A DNA stretch of 64,000 bases from the human T2T-CHM13v2.0 reference genome, Homo sapiens. The notes below the pieces were generated by a model. It was not told the origin of the DNA, made no database searches, and saw only the letters and a list, made by a program, of their open reading frames with translations. Position 1 is the first letter of the stretch; each line of letters starts with the position of its first letter. Location of the stretch: the NCBI RefSeq assembly GCF_009914755.1, contig NC_060934.1; one strand, given 5' to 3'. Made by a program: the position numbers and the translations under genes. This document shows positions 33,950 through 50,025 of this stretch, one piece after another.

Positions 33950-35235
33950 TTTTCTTTTTTACCTTTTATTTTAGATTCCAGGGATATATGTGCAGAATTG
34001 TTATAAAGGTATATTGTAAGATGCTGAGGCTTGGAGTACAAATGAACCTGTCACCCAGACAGTGAGCATAGCACCTAATGGGTAGTTTTTCAACCCTTTT
34101 CCCCCTCCCTCCCTACTCTTGTAGTGCCCGGTGTCTATCATTCCCATCTTTATAACCTTGTGTACCCAATGTTCTATCCCACTTTTATGTGAGAACATGC
34201 AGTGATATTGCAGATTTTTTAATTTTCCCTTATTGTTGATAAATAAGATTGTAACTAAAGTTTAGCTTATAGATTTAAAACATTAGATTTTTTTGAAATC
34301 ATGAATTGGATAACAGGTCAAGGTACAAAAATATTTTTCACAGTTTTATTTAGGTCCAATTGACATTTAGTAAACTGCACATATGAAAACTGTCCAGTTT
34401 GGTCAGTTTTGACATATGTACACACCCCTGGAAACCATCACAAAAAACAAGATAACGAACATGTTCATTACTTCTAAGCCCTCTTGTGACCCTCTGTCAT
34501 CCTTTCTTTTTCCTTCATCCCTCCCCTTCCCAGTGCTTTCTGTTACTATAGATTAGTTTAAATTTTCAAGAATTTTATATAAATGTGATCACACATTTAT
34601 GTCACACATGTGTGATTTATATAAAATCGCACTTGATCCTCTTACTAACTGGCTTTTTTCATGCAGCCTAATTATTTCGAGATTCATCCATGTTGTACCA
34701 GAAGTTTACTTCTTATTATTGCAGGGTAGCATTTCACCATATGAATATCACACACTTTGTTCATCCATTTACCTATTGATGTGCACTTGGGTTGATTCCA
34801 ATTCAGGGCTATTACAAACGCTGCCATGAACATTCATGTACAAGTCTTTGTATGAACGTGTGTTTTTTCTTTCTCTTGGATAGACACCTAGAAGTGGAAT
34901 GGCCAGGTTGTATACTGGGTGTATGTTTAACTTTTTAATAAACTGCTAAACTGTGTTCTGAAGTTGCACCATTTCCATTCCCACCAGCCTGGATGAGAGT
35001 TCCAGTTCCTCCATACCCTTTTACAACACTTAGTGTGATCAATCTTTTTTTAATTAGACAGGGTCTTGCTGTGTTTGCTATGTTGCCCAGGCTGGTCTCA
35101 AACTCCTGGGCTCAAGGAATCCTCCTACCTCAGCCTCCTGAGCGGGTGGGACCACAGGTACACGTCACCACACCTGACTTGATCAATGCTTTTTATTGTA
35201 GTCAATCAAGTGGATATGTAGTAGTGTCTAATATG
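33950..35235 (-). mobile_element. Antisense L1PA/PB 3' end (33950-34203) and L1M 3' region (34335-35235) containing an Alu monomer
   Basis: Reverse L1 3' UTR motifs. Confidence 0.7.
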
Positions 35236-35285
35236 GTTTTAGTTGATGTTGAAGTCTTGATATCAACAATTATTTTAAGATATTG

Positions 35286-35570
35286 GGCTGGGTGAGATGG
35301 CTTGCACCCGTAATCCCAGCACTTTGGGAGGTTGAAGTAACAAGATCACTTGAGGCCAGGAGTTTGAGACCAGCCTGGGCAATATAGGAAAAATTCCATC
35401 TCTACAAAAAATAAAATAATAAAATAAAATAAGCCAGACCTGGTGGTCAGGAGGCTGAGGCAGGAATATTCCTTGAGCCCAGGAGTTGGGGGCTGAGTGA
35501 GCTATGATGGTGCCACTGCACTCTACTCTGGGTAACAGAGCAGGACTATATCTCTAAAAAAGAAAAAATT
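35286..35570 (+). mobile_element. AluJ with internal deletion
   Basis: Alu consensus match. Confidence 0.85.
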
Positions 35571-36251
35571 ATAAATAATTTTTTTAAGATATTGGCTAAG
35601 ACATCAGTATTTTTAATAGTTACCCTGGTGGTCCTACTGCGCACCCAGAGTTAAGAACCACACTGGATGAAACGAATGGTCCATTTTAATAGAGGAGGTA
35701 TTTTTAAGTAAAGATGTTATAGCCTGCCTTTTCACACATTTTACAGCCCTAGACCACCTTTTACTAAATTTGGTCTTTCATACAAAAGCTGACTGGTGGT
35801 AGCTGCCATTTGCCACCACTGTGTGAAAGGAAATGAGGGTGGGAGAAGAAGTTCTTCAGGCCTTGCTAGGATTAATTCTAAGTAAGCAGGAATCGAATAG
35901 TAAAAATCCAGTCATCTCAAAATATCCAAAGAACTCTTACAAACTCATCAATAACACAATAAAGCCAAGTAAAAATGGGCAAAACATCTGCAGATAGTAA
36001 TTAAGCATATGAAGAGATGCTGAACATCATTTGTCATTAGGAAAATGCAAATTAAAGCAACAATGAGATACCATCACACACCCATTAGAATGGCTTGAAT
36101 CTGAAAAAGCCACAACAGCAATTGCTGGTGAGAGTGCAGAGCAACAGGAGCTCTCATTTATTGTTGGTGGGGATGCAAAATGGTACAGCCACTTGGGAAG
36201 ACAGTTTGGCAGTTTCTTACAAAACTAATCATAGTCTTCTTATATGATCCA

Positions 36252-36855
36252 TGTAGAAAGTAAAAGTTCCTCTTCAAAGTTTCCCTTCTTGTTAAAGAAT
36301 AAATCATAAGTGTTAAAAATAATAGCTTATTTTAAAAACTAACTTCCTTTAAGCATTCTTGCTTTGTGCTAATAACTGTTTGGTAAGTAAGCCCTGTCCT
36401 ATGTAGCTGTTAAACATGCTCGCAGGCATGTAGTACATTCTATGTCCTTGTACCTTAACCAAGATATTTGTGCTGGACATGCTCACGGGCATGTTCCAGC
36501 TTGCAGCCTATGCCCCTTCCTTTTTTGGCATAAGCAACTTCCTCTTTTCCTTTGTCTTTCCATTACTTTCACCTATTTAGAAAAGTTTAAACTGTTAGCC
36601 AATTGGGTTTTAGTTTAGATTGTGAGGTCTGGCTCCAGCCAATGGCGACAGGACACAGTAGCAGGGACAAACTGTGTAAGGGATAAAAATTGCTTCCTTC
36701 CTTTGTTCAGGTGTGCTCTAGCCATTGTTACATCTGCAATGAGCACCCTTTCTGCAGAAAGTAAAATTGGCCTTGCTGAGAGAATTACATTTATGTTAGA
36801 GTGCAGCACCAGGGAACAAGCATTCCATTTTTAAATAAACATTTTACATAGAACA
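36252..36855 (+). mobile_element. LTR10 (LTR10C-like) solo LTR
   Basis: Starts TGTAGAAAGTAAAAGTTCCTCTTCAAAG, ends ...GAACA; 5-bp TSD ATCCA. Confidence 0.8.
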
Positions 36856-36988
36856 ATCCAGCAATTGCACTCCTAGGAATTTACCCAGCTGATTTGAAAA
36901 CTTATGTCCACACAAAATCCTGCGTGTGAATGCTTATAGCAGTTTTATTCATAATGACCAAAAACTGGGAGTAACCAAGATGTATTTC

Positions 36989-37855
36989 TGTTAGGGGAGC
37001 AGGAGCCTAGGATGACGCCTTTTCTTTCTTTTTTTTTTTTTTAGAAAGAGTCACCCAGGCTGGAGTGCAATGGTGCACGATCTTGGCTTACTGCAACCTC
37101 TATCTCCTGGGTTCAAGTGATTCTCCTGCCTCAGCCTCCTGAGTAGCTGGGATTATAGGTGCACACCACCACACCAGGCTAATTTTTGTATTTTTAGTAG
37201 AGATGGGGTTTCACCATGTTGTTCAGGCTGGTCTCGAACTCCTGACCTCGTGATCCACCCGCCTCAGCCTCCCAAAGTGCTAGGATTACAGGTGTGAGCC
37301 ACAGTGCCCGGCCGACAACATTTTTAAATCACCTCCATCTTAAAACTAGCAGGGTGACACCATTTTAAAATCTCCTTCATCTTAAAACTAGCAAGGAACA
37401 TTGCTTACTGGTCACTTACAAAGCTAAGGAGGTAACTTGGTAATGCCTGCAAGAACAAACTCCTACAGCAACAGGAAGTCCAGAAGTTCCAATAGCCATA
37501 ACAAGATAGGCTTTCAGGATAACTATAGTTATGCTTTGATGTACTTACACACTAAACTGTCAAGATAGTTTTCTTTAAATCAATCAAATAATAAATTCTA
37601 TCATGCTGTCAGCCAACCCACACACAGGCACAGCTTAGTTTAGTCTTGTCATAGACAAGACCTCTACATAAGAAAAATCTCAAATAAAGATGGTGCATTC
37701 CTCTGTTTGCTTTCTGAGGACATCCTACTCTGTATCTGAGTAGCTTTCAATAAAACAACTTTTTTCACTGCATTCTGCAACTTGCCTTGAATTCCTTTTT
37801 GTGTGAGATCCAAGAACCCTCTCTTGGAGTCTAGCTCAAGACCCCTTTTCTGGCT
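36989..37855 (+). mobile_element. MER41-family solo LTR interrupted by an antisense AluS (37020-37313)
   Basis: 3' end GAGATCCAAGAACCCTCTCTTGG...GACCCCTTTTC typical of MER41. Confidence 0.7.
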
Positions 37856-38103
37856 TCCTATAGATGAATGGATAAACAAACTGCAATATATTTATATAAT
37901 CAAATATTAGTAAGTAGTAAAAAGGAATGAGCTATCAAGCCGCACAAAGACATGAATAAATCCTCAATGCACATTGCTAAGTGAATTAAGCTGGTCTGAA
38001 ATGGTTACATGCTGTATGATTACAATTCCATGACATTCTGGAAAAGGCAAAACTAAAGATGTGGTAAACAAAAGGGTAAAATATGCTATTAAAAGGTAAA
38101 TGT

Positions 38104-38445
38104 TGGCCAGGCACGGTGACTGATGCCGCTTTGGGATCCCAGCACTTTGTAATCCCAGCACTTTGGGAGGCCGAGGCAGGCAGATGACTTAAGGTCAGCA
38201 GTTCAAGACCAGTGTGGCCAACATGGCAAAACCTCATCTCTACTGAAAATACAAAAATTAGCCAGGTGTGGTGGCGTGCCTGTAATCCCAGCTACGTGGG
38301 AGGTTGAGGCATGAGAATCGCTTCAACTTGAGAGGCGGAGGTTGCTGTGAACTGAGATCATGCTACTGAACTCCAGCCTGGGTGACAGAGCAAGACTCTG
38401 TCTCAAAAAATAAATAAATAAATAAAAGAAATAATAATAATAAAG
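38104..38445 (+). mobile_element. AluSx with a small 5' duplication
   Basis: Alu match; ATCCCAGCACTTTG occurs twice. Confidence 0.85.
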
Positions 38446-39648
38446 ATAAGTATTCACCTGTCTTCTGGATAAATGTGGGCTTGCTTGTTTTTACATGACT
38501 TGCCACCCCACCCATCTGACTTTTTGAAATCATATTTTTCTGAATGTTTGCCACTATTTCAATGTTTGCCACAGCTGTTCTTGAACGAAAAATGTTAATA
38601 AAGTAATATCTGCCTTAAAAACTGATTATCCAACCTTTGCTGACTTGCATTTATTATTAAAAGACAAATCTGCATTTATCATCAAAGACAAATTGTTTTT
38701 GCTAATTGATTATTAGCAAATGTGTTAGTTAATACCCACTGGGTAATATATCTTGTGACCCGACTTCCAGGGCCAGAGCTGATCAGAACAGGAAAAGGAT
38801 ACCTAATCCAGTCAGATGCTCACTCCTAGGAATTTGGAAGTGGAACACAGGGACTTGCTTCAGTCCCAGTTGGTGTTTGAGATGAGACATGAGGTCAAGC
38901 TGGACTGGGTGGCTGAATGGGTGCCCAGGGCTCATCATCCCCCTTGCAAGGGTGCTAACTACTGACTATTCATAGCTGAGATCCTCCCCAGAAATCACCC
39001 TTGACCAAAGGGATTCACTTTGTCTAAAGATATGTCCCTCTCACCAGGGACAGCCAGCATCCAATGGCTGGTCAACGCGCACAGTTCAAAGTCTGGCCTA
39101 GAACTCCGTATAGAATTGGCTGGAGCCTCCGTTGCTGCTGCATCATAGTTTAATTTCTCCCAGTATCCAATCCTTCTTCCTGCCCTACTTTACATATATT
39201 GTTCCTGAAAGCTCTCCTAGGGAACATTCTGCACCATCTCCATCTCCACAAGTATGGAGTCCAGGAAACCTGATCCAGGGCAATGGCTGTGGTAGACCAG
39301 AGAAAGCTGATCTGCAGAAAAAGGATAAAAAGGCTGGGCAGAGATTATTAGAGAATATTAGATATCAATCATGTGAGCACACAAAGAAAGAGAGATGGAG
39401 AGACTCCCTGGGGGTCCTGGAGTTCTTGGTTTCATCCCTCGAGACCTGGCTATCCTTCCTGCTGTTCCATGAGCTATCAGAGCTTCTCTCCAATAACTTC
39501 CCTTTTTGCCTGAGCCCGTTTGAATGGATTTTGATCCTGGCAAATCAAACAATCCCCATGTGTTTTGTACTTTTAATCAATTATACTAGGTAGTCATGAT
39601 AACTGGTTTACAGACACATGCTCTGGGGAGAGACAGTGTATGCATATA

Positions 39649-40575
<927 letters not shown>

Positions 40576-41252
40576 TATATCTCAGAGTTTCACGAATTTC
40601 ATGCTTATTTAGTACCCTGACTAACACTGGGCCCCCTCCCAAGGGCATAGCCCCTGTGCAGTGTCAGTGCAAAGAAACCAGCAGCCAATTTAATTTCAGA
40701 CCAAGTCCACATTTCTTAAAACCCCCTTCCTCCTTTTCTTCTCAACTCCACCCTTCTCATATCCTGCAGTTTCCCTCAAACCCTTTTCTCCTTGCCTTGT
40801 TCTTAGCTTCCCACCAAAGATTCTCTCCTAAGCCTTCTTGAACTCTCTCATGTCTTCTTCACTCCTCTCTTTCTGCTGCTGGTCTTCATCCTTTCCTTTC
40901 TGGTTCTCCTCCTGCTGGGTACCACTGGAGTGTAGGAGAGAAGGGAGTTGGCTTCAAACAAAGGCCAGGGACCAGTAGCAGGTAAGGAGGCAGGTAGAGG
41001 GAGGATCTTGTTAACAGGCAAGAGAAAATATATTCACTATATGTAACATATATAATTAGTAAAAATATACTAATTATATATACCTGTTATGGTTAAAATA
41101 GAAATCATGAGCAGAGTTATTTTTCATTGCCAGTTTATAATATTTAAAAAGTTAAAGCATTGAAACTTGACTGTGACAGAAAAAATGAGAAGCACAGATA
41201 CCCAAGATGGTGTCTTGGGTGTTTACTGCTGTGAAGAAACCAACACTTAGAG

Positions 41253-42155
41253 CAGGGGTCCCCAAGCCCCAGGCCATGGACTGGTACCAGTCCGTGGCCT
41301 CTTAAGAACCAGGCCACACAGTAGGAGGTGAGCAGTGGATAAGCAAGTGAAGCTTCATTTGTATTTACAGCTGCCCCTCATCACTCGCTGTATTAGTCCA
41401 TTTTCATACTGCCATTAAGAAATACCTGAGACGGGTAATTTATAAAGAAAAAGAGGTTTAATGGACTCGCAGTTCCACATGGCTGGGGAAGCCTCACGAT
41501 CATGGCAGAAGGGAAAAGAAGAGCAAAGGCACGTCTCACACGGTGGCAGGCAAGAGAGCGTCTGCAGGGGAGCTGCCCTTTATAAAACCATCAGATCTCG
41601 TGAGACTTACTCACTATCATGAGAAAACAGCACAGGAAAGACCCACCTGCATGATTCAATTACCTTCTACCAGGTCCCTCCCATGACATGTGGGGATTGT
41701 GGGAGCTACAATTCAAGATGAGATTTGGGTGGGGACACAGCCAAACCATATCACTTGCATTACTGCCTGAGTTCCACCTCCTGTCAGATCAGCAGCAGCA
41801 TTAGATTCTCATACGAGCGCAAACCCTCTTGTGAACTGTGCATGTGAGGGATCTAGGTTGTGAGCTCCTAATGAGAATCTAATGTCTGATGATCTGTCAC
41901 TGTCTCTCATCACCCCCAGATGGGACCATCTAGTTGCAGGAAAACAAGCCCAGGGCTCCCACTGATTCTACATTATGGTGAGTTGTATAATTATTTCATT
42001 ATATATTACAATGTAATAATAATAAAAATAAAATGCACAATCAATGTAATGCATTCGAATCATCCTGAAACCATCCCCCCCACCAATCTGTGGAAAAATT
42101 GTCTTCCACGAACCCAGTCCCTGGTGCCATGAACTTAGTCCCTGGGAGACCATTG
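41253..42155 (+). mobile_element. MER1A (hAT-Charlie) with a nested antisense THE1 LTR (41389-41753)
   Basis: CAGGGGTCCCC start; 8-bp TSD ACTTAGAG (41245-41252, 42156-42163); THE1 TSD CT(C/T)GC. Confidence 0.88.
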
Positions 42156-42926
42156 ACTTAGAGGCTTAAGACAGCCATTTATCATCATCTTTCAGGGATA
42201 TGAGGCTCAGCGCAGTGGTTCTCCCTTGGTCTCTCAGGCAGTTGTATTTAGAGGACAGCTGGCGCTGGAATCATCTGAAGTTTTCCTGGGTCTGGGCAGT
42301 GAAAATGGTGTCTTCACTTCACATCTGATGCCTCCATGCCCCACCATGTGGCTTCATTGCCGACACAGTAGCCAGGACTTCTTCATGACTGCTCAAGGCC
42401 AGAAGAGGCAGGATTTAAGTGCTATGTTCACCATCACTTCTGTTCTATTCTATGTGTCAAAGTACATTCAAGGGAGAGGGAGAGAAATGGATCCTACCTC
42501 TTAATGGGGAAGGAAGATATGGCCATGACTAGCTTTGGAAAATACAGTCTACTACAGATGGCATAAAAGTTAGATTTTTAAAAATAAGCTAGATATTTAA
42601 ATCAGAAACTAATATCCCCTACAATTGAGGGCAAGTCAAATAAAATAAATGGACAAAGCTTTATAAAATGCTAAACTAAAGAAAATTACCTGTGAAAAAA
42701 AAGAATGACAGAAAGAAAAAGAAAAAGCTAGCAGGATTCTGACTTCAAGTCAACCCGGGTCCCCTTACAGAAGGTGAAAGTACTTTGGTCAGGAAGAGAT
42801 TGGCCAGAATACATGTTGGATTTGATGGGCTTGCCAACAGAGTGAGGTAGTGAGACACAGTCAAATCCAACTCAGTGTAAACTGAGTTTCTTTACAGTTC
42901 TATAACACACATCTTTTAGCCACTAA

Positions 42927-44155
<1,229 letters not shown>

Positions 44156-44937
44156 TACAACTGTTTCTTAGCTTCCGATCCACTTGGCAATTTGGTACTC
44201 TCAAAAGTGTCCCGGTCTTGAGACAATAAATGATGTGGCCACTCCAATCCTGAGTGACTTAAACAGTTAGCTGGGATGATGCACATAGCCCCTTAGCCTC
44301 TCATTTCCTTGGTCATCTCAGCCACTCAGGCCCACAGTCACCCCTGGTCTATGTCAGCACACATTATTTCACTACCTCCAGAAGCAAGTTCACCCTGCCT
44401 ACCTTCCGACCACAATAACCCATCCTTCCATCTGGTTTGTTTGGCCACTCCCATGGCGGCCACACTTTCTCCAAACCTAGCCCTGCAGGAGAGAGGCACA
44501 ACCGAGCAGATGGCTTCCACTATAATTCATGATCGCCAGTTTCAAATGGACCCTCAGTCTGCCTGGAAATCCCACTACATGTTTCTGATCACCTCTCTCT
44601 CCCATTCTCTTCAATGACCTTATCAAACTTTCTCCAGCTCCCCAAATCCATGCCTGGCCTACCTCATAGTTCACTCTCAGCAGATGACCCTTCTTCTCAC
44701 AAGGAAAACAGAGGCTTTAGATTAGAATTTCCTTATCTTACAGCCATATGAAAGAAGATCCTTATCTACTCTAAACTCACCCTTCTGCCTTTCCAGTAAA
44801 ATGGAGGAGGTCTCTTTTCTCTTATCTGGGAGCCCATTCATTTACCTTCATTTGGACTCAACCCACTTCCTCCATCTTGAAAACTTTTCACCATCAATTA
44901 TTTCTACTCTCTTGTTAATGTCAACTCCTCACTATCA

Positions 44938-45213
<276 letters not shown>

Positions 45214-45268
45214 TCAATTTCATGTCTCCCAACCACTGCCTCCCTGTCCCCTTTCTCCTCTTTATAGG

Positions 45269-45624
45269 TGATATGGTTTGGCTGTGTCCCCACCCAAATC
45301 TCACATTGAATTGTAATAATCCGCACATGTCAAGGGCAGGGCCAGGTGGAGATTACTGAATAATGGCAACCATTTCTCCCATACTGTTCTTGTGATAGTG
45401 CATAAGTGTCATGAGATCTGATGGTTTTATAAATGGGAGTTCCTCTGCACATGCTCTCTTGCTTGCTGCCATGTAAGACGTGACTTTTCTCCTCATTCCC
45501 CTTCCACCATGATTGTGAGGCCTCCCCTGCCATGCTGAACTGTGAGTCAATTAAACTTCTTTTCTTTATAAATTAGCCAGTCTCCGGTATGTCTTTATTA
45601 GCAGTGTGAGAACAGATCAATACA
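45269..45624 (+). mobile_element. THE1B/C solo LTR
   Basis: TGATATGGTTTGG...AATACA; 5-bp TSD ATAGG. Confidence 0.9.
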
Positions 45625-45629
45625 ATAGG

Positions 45630-46390
45630 CAAACTATTCACAAGTGTTGCTTTGCTCACCATCTTCATTTCTTCACACCCTATTCACCCCTCAACCCACT
45701 TTGGCCTCCAGCCCCAACATGCTATTACAATTGGTTTCTGAGGTCACTAACATTGCTAAAGCCAATTGCCACTTTGCAGTCTTGTCTGACTTGTCCTTGC
45801 AACATCTCTGGATATCACTGACCACATCCTCCCACACTGTGGCTTCCACAGAACTTTCCCCTGGTTTTCCATCCACCCCTTTAAAGCTCTTCCTCTGTGT
45901 TCTTTGTGGGCTCTGTGTCTTTTGCTTTGGATGGTGGAGTTCCTTAAGGCTTAGCCTGAGGCCTCTGTTTCATCCCACACCATAGTCTCTCTACGCAATC
46001 TCATAAATCACCACCTATATGATGATTACTCAAAATGTATATCTCTAACTCTGAACCACGCTTCTCTGGGCAAAGGATTCTTATATACAATTCTCTACTT
46101 GAAGTCTCCCCTTGGATGTCCTAAAGATTTGTCAAATTCAACTTGCAAACAATAAAACTCACTATCTTCCCCTGCCCAAATACTCCTCTTCCAGAGTTCC
46201 CCATCTTGATGATGGGACGGTCAGCCATCATCATACAAACCTGATTCTTTGGAGTCATCCTTGCCTCCCCCGCTCTTCTCCCTCTGCCTATATCTAGTCC
46301 TCTGAATCTCTGGCAAACTACCTTCTAAATATCTCTCAGTTTCACCCATTTCTTCGCATTTCCGCTGCTGCCGACCTAGTCAAAACAATT
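45630..46390 (-). mobile_element. L2 LINE fragment (further pieces at ~47900-50240)
   Basis: C/T-rich antisense L2-like motifs (CTCAAAATGTATATCTCTAAC; GGAGTCATCCTTG). Confidence 0.6.
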
Positions 46391-46393
46391 ATA

Positions 46394-47880
46394 CAGTTGA
46401 CCCTTGAACAACATGGGTTTGAACTGCATGGGTGCATTTATACTTGGATTTTCCTGCTGCTTCTGCCACCCCTGAGACAGCAAGATCAACCCCTCCTCTT
46501 CCTCCTCCTACTCAAGTTGAGTAACGTGAAGATGAGGATGAAGACCTTTATGATGATCCACTTCCACTTAATAAATAGTAAATATGAGGTCAGTCACAGT
46601 GGTTCATGCCTGTAATCCCAGCACTTTGGGAGGCTGGGGCAGGAAGATCGCTTGAGGCCAGGAATTTGAGACAAGCCTGGGAAACATAGCAAGACCCCAT
46701 CTTACAAAAAATTATTTAAAATAAAATTAGCTGGACATGATGGTGCATGCCTATAGTCCCAGCTGCTCAGGAGGCTGAAGCAGCAGGATCCCTTGAGCCC
46801 TGGAGTTTGAGGTTACAAGGAGCTATGATCTCACCACTGCACTCTAGTCCAGGAACAGAGTGAGACTCTGAAAATAAATAAAAAATAAATACATAGAAAA
46901 TATATTTTCTTTTATGATTTTGTTAATAACAGTTTCTCTAGCTTACTTTATTGTAAAAATACAGTATTTAATACATATAACATAATATGTGTTAATCGAC
47001 TGTGTTATCAGTAAGTCTTCTGGGCAACAGTAGACAATTAGTAGTCAAGTTTTGTGGGAGTCAAAAGTTATACATGGATTTTCAACTGTGCAGCATTTTG
47101 GTACCCCTAAAACCTGGCATTGTTCTGTTACAGTAGGTAGCTAGTCAGGCATGAGCAGGGCAGGAGAGGGCTCCCCTCACCCCCTACCAGGAATGTCAGG
47201 CGACTATCAGGTGGTGGTCAGGGGACTGTTAACCGTGTCTCTAAAATAATAATTGATCACAGCCAGCACCAGGGAAAGGCAGTCTCCCAATAGATAGAAA
47301 CACCTGAAACTGGTGATCAACAGCTTCCAGATAAGATCTCAGGAGTTGGGCGAGTGGGCTCAAGCATGTGCACTAAGAGGTAAAATGGTGGAGTTTAACT
47401 GGCAAATGACCTTCCAGGGACATTTGGTAAGGGAAGAATGCCTAAAGTGAACACGCGTACAACTTCAGTAAACACGCTGCGCATGCTCACCTCCCAAGTG
47501 CTGGCACGCCACTGCTCATGTGGACAGCCCACTCCATGGGAAGAATCAGGAGGAGGAAGACAAGACCCCGAAGTATGTCAATGCGTAAAGCCCCAAGTCA
47601 AAAGTCAAACAGCGCACTTCTCTCAAGTCACCCGCTTGGCCCTCTTCCAAGTATAATTTACTTTCTTTTGTTACTGCCCTACAGTTTTCTAATAAACTTT
47701 CGCTCCTGCTCTAAAGCTTGCCTCAGTCTCTTCTTCTGCCTTATGCCCCTCAGTTGAATTCTTTCTTCTGAGGAGGCAAGAATTTAGGTCGCTACAGACC
47801 CATATGGTTTTGCCAAAGCTAACATATTTTGGTGCCGTGTCTCAGATATATTCTGCTGCTGGCAGTTCAAAGGCCAATTG
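46394..47880 (+). mobile_element. Tigger2a with a nested AluJ (46588-46890) and MER50 LTR
   Basis: Terminal repeats CAGTTGACCCTTGAACAA ... GTTCAAAGGCCAATTG; TA TSD. Confidence 0.85.
47126..47864 (+). mobile_element. MER50 ERV1 solo LTR
   Basis: Starts TGTTACAGTAGGTAGCTAGTCAGGCATGAGC; 4-bp TSD GTTC. Confidence 0.8.
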
Positions 47881-48234
47881 TATTTTCTTTCCCAACTTAG
47901 CTCAGAAGTCTTCCTGCATCTATTCTTTTCTTCATCTGATCCGTTCCCCAAATTATGCCAGAGTGATTTTCCTAAAGCATAAATCCCATCATTTGCCAGC
48001 TTAAAATATTATTTAATATATTCTCGTTGCTCTTAGGATGAGAAAATAATTCTTGACATAGTCCACATGACCCTACATGGTTTGCCCCTACTGACCTTAC
48101 CTCTAACCAGACCTTCCATAACTCCAATCATACTGGTTTCCATTCAGTTTCTAATCCCTCTGCCACTCCCTTACTCCCATCCCATTTCCCAGCCCACCCA
48201 TCAGCAAATGCTGTTGGTTCTACTTTGCTAGGTG

Positions 48235-48535
48235 GTTGTTTGTTTGTTTGTTTGTTTAAATAGTCTTGCTCTGTTGCCCAGGCTGGAGTACAGTGGCATC
48301 ATCATAGCTCACTGCAGATTTGAACTCCTGGGCTCAAGCAATCCTCCTGCCTCAGTCTCCCAAGCAACTGGAACCATAGGCATAAGCCACCATACCCAGC
48401 TAATTTTTTTCCCCATTTTTGTAGAGATAGGGTCTTGCTATGTTGTCCAGGCTAGTTTTGAACTCATGGCCTCAAGTGATCCTACCACCTTGGCCTCCTA
48501 AAGCACTGATATTACAGGCATGAGCAACTGCGCCA
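48235..48535 (-). mobile_element. AluJ
   Basis: Reverse Alu. Confidence 0.85.
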
Positions 48536-49408
48536 AGCTTTGGTTTTATTTTGAAAACTGTATCTTGATTCCAAACTCTTCTCACCATATCTACTGTTAG
48601 AATACTAATAAAGCTACTATCATTTTTCATCTGGACTCTGACCATAGTCTACTGAGCAATCTCTCTTCTCTTGCTTCAATCAATTGATTTTCTGAACAAT
48701 CACCAACTGGCAGGATGGCTTATCGCTTAAGTCAAATCATGCACTCAGTTGCTAAATACATTCCAATAGTCCCCCATTGCAATTAGAATAAAACCTAAAG
48801 TCCTCAATGCTGGCTACAAGGTCCTGCTTGTTCTGGTTCCTGCTTACCTCTCTGTCCCCATCCACTATTGCTGCCCTACTCTTTCAGAACATTCCAGGCA
48901 CACTGGCCTGCCTTCTTTTGAACTTTCTATGTTCCTATCTCAGCCCCTCTTCTTGTTCTTCCTTCTCTTGGAATCCTTTCCCAAGTTTCTGAATGGCTGC
49001 CCCTTCTCATTACTTTGTAAAGAGGTGATCCTTGACCACTTTCCCTGCCCCAAGAAAGTCACTCTCACTGTTTGATTTTATATTTTATGTAGCACTTACA
49101 ACTCTGCTCAGAACCTTCCACTGGCTTTCCATCTCACTCACATCAAATTCTCTTCCACAGCTCCCAAATAGCACACAATCTGGGCACCATTTCCTTTTGA
49201 TCCCATCTCATGTCTGTCCCTCCCATCTCACTCTGCTCAGCCGTACTAATTTCCTTGGTGTTTTTCCAATATCTTAAGTGCTCTCCTAACTCAGGGTCTT
49301 TGAATGTGCTGTTCCTTTTGCCTGGAATATTCCCATCTAAAAACCCAGTGTGGATTAATCTCTCATGCCATTTAGATCTAGCTCAAGTGTCACTTATCAG
49401 ACAGAAAT

Positions 49409-50025
49409 ACCAGTTTCAGGTGTTTCTGTCTATTGGGAGACTGCCTTTCCCTGGTGCTATATTAAAAAAAATTAGGATAAATAAATAATAAATAAATAAA
49501 TGAAAAATACATTTTCTCTTCCTTATGATTTTATTAATAACAGTTTCTTTTCTCTGGCTTACTTTATTATAAAAATACAGTATTTAATATATATAAAATA
49601 ATATGAGTTAATCGACTATGTTATCAGTAAGGCTGATAACAACTGCTTGATCATCACCTGATGGTCACCTGACATTCCTGGTAGGGGGTGGGAGGAGCCC
49701 TCTCCTGCCCTGCTCATGCCTGACTAGCTACCTACTGTAACAGAACAATGCCAGATTTCAGGAGTACCAAACTGCTGCACAATTGAAAATCCATGTATGT
49801 CTTTTGACTCCCCCAAAACTTAACCACGAATAGCCTACTGTTGACCAGAAGCCTTACTGATAATATAAACAGTCAATTAACACATATTATGTTATATGTA
49901 TTTAGATAAATACTGTATTTTTACAATAAAGAAAGCTAGAGAAAAGAAACTGTTATTAAGAAAATCATGAGGAGAAAATATATTTTCTATTTATTTATCG
50001 TTTATTTACCCTAATTAATACAGCA
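49409..50025. repeat. Local inverted duplication of 46870-47314 with an internal fold-back
   Basis: Reverse complement includes the Tigger2a/MER50 junction; see findings. Confidence 0.88.

Larger units (their letters stand above)
35930..38100 (+). mobile_element. L1MB-type 3' region hosting two ERV1 LTRs and an Alu
   Basis: L1 ORF2-end and 3' UTR motifs resume at 36856 and ~37858. Confidence 0.75.

Noticed and set aside
36989-37855. MER41-family LTR as an interferon/STAT1 enhancer
   Set aside because: I found no TTCNNNGAA GAS motif in this copy, and it does not look like MER41B.
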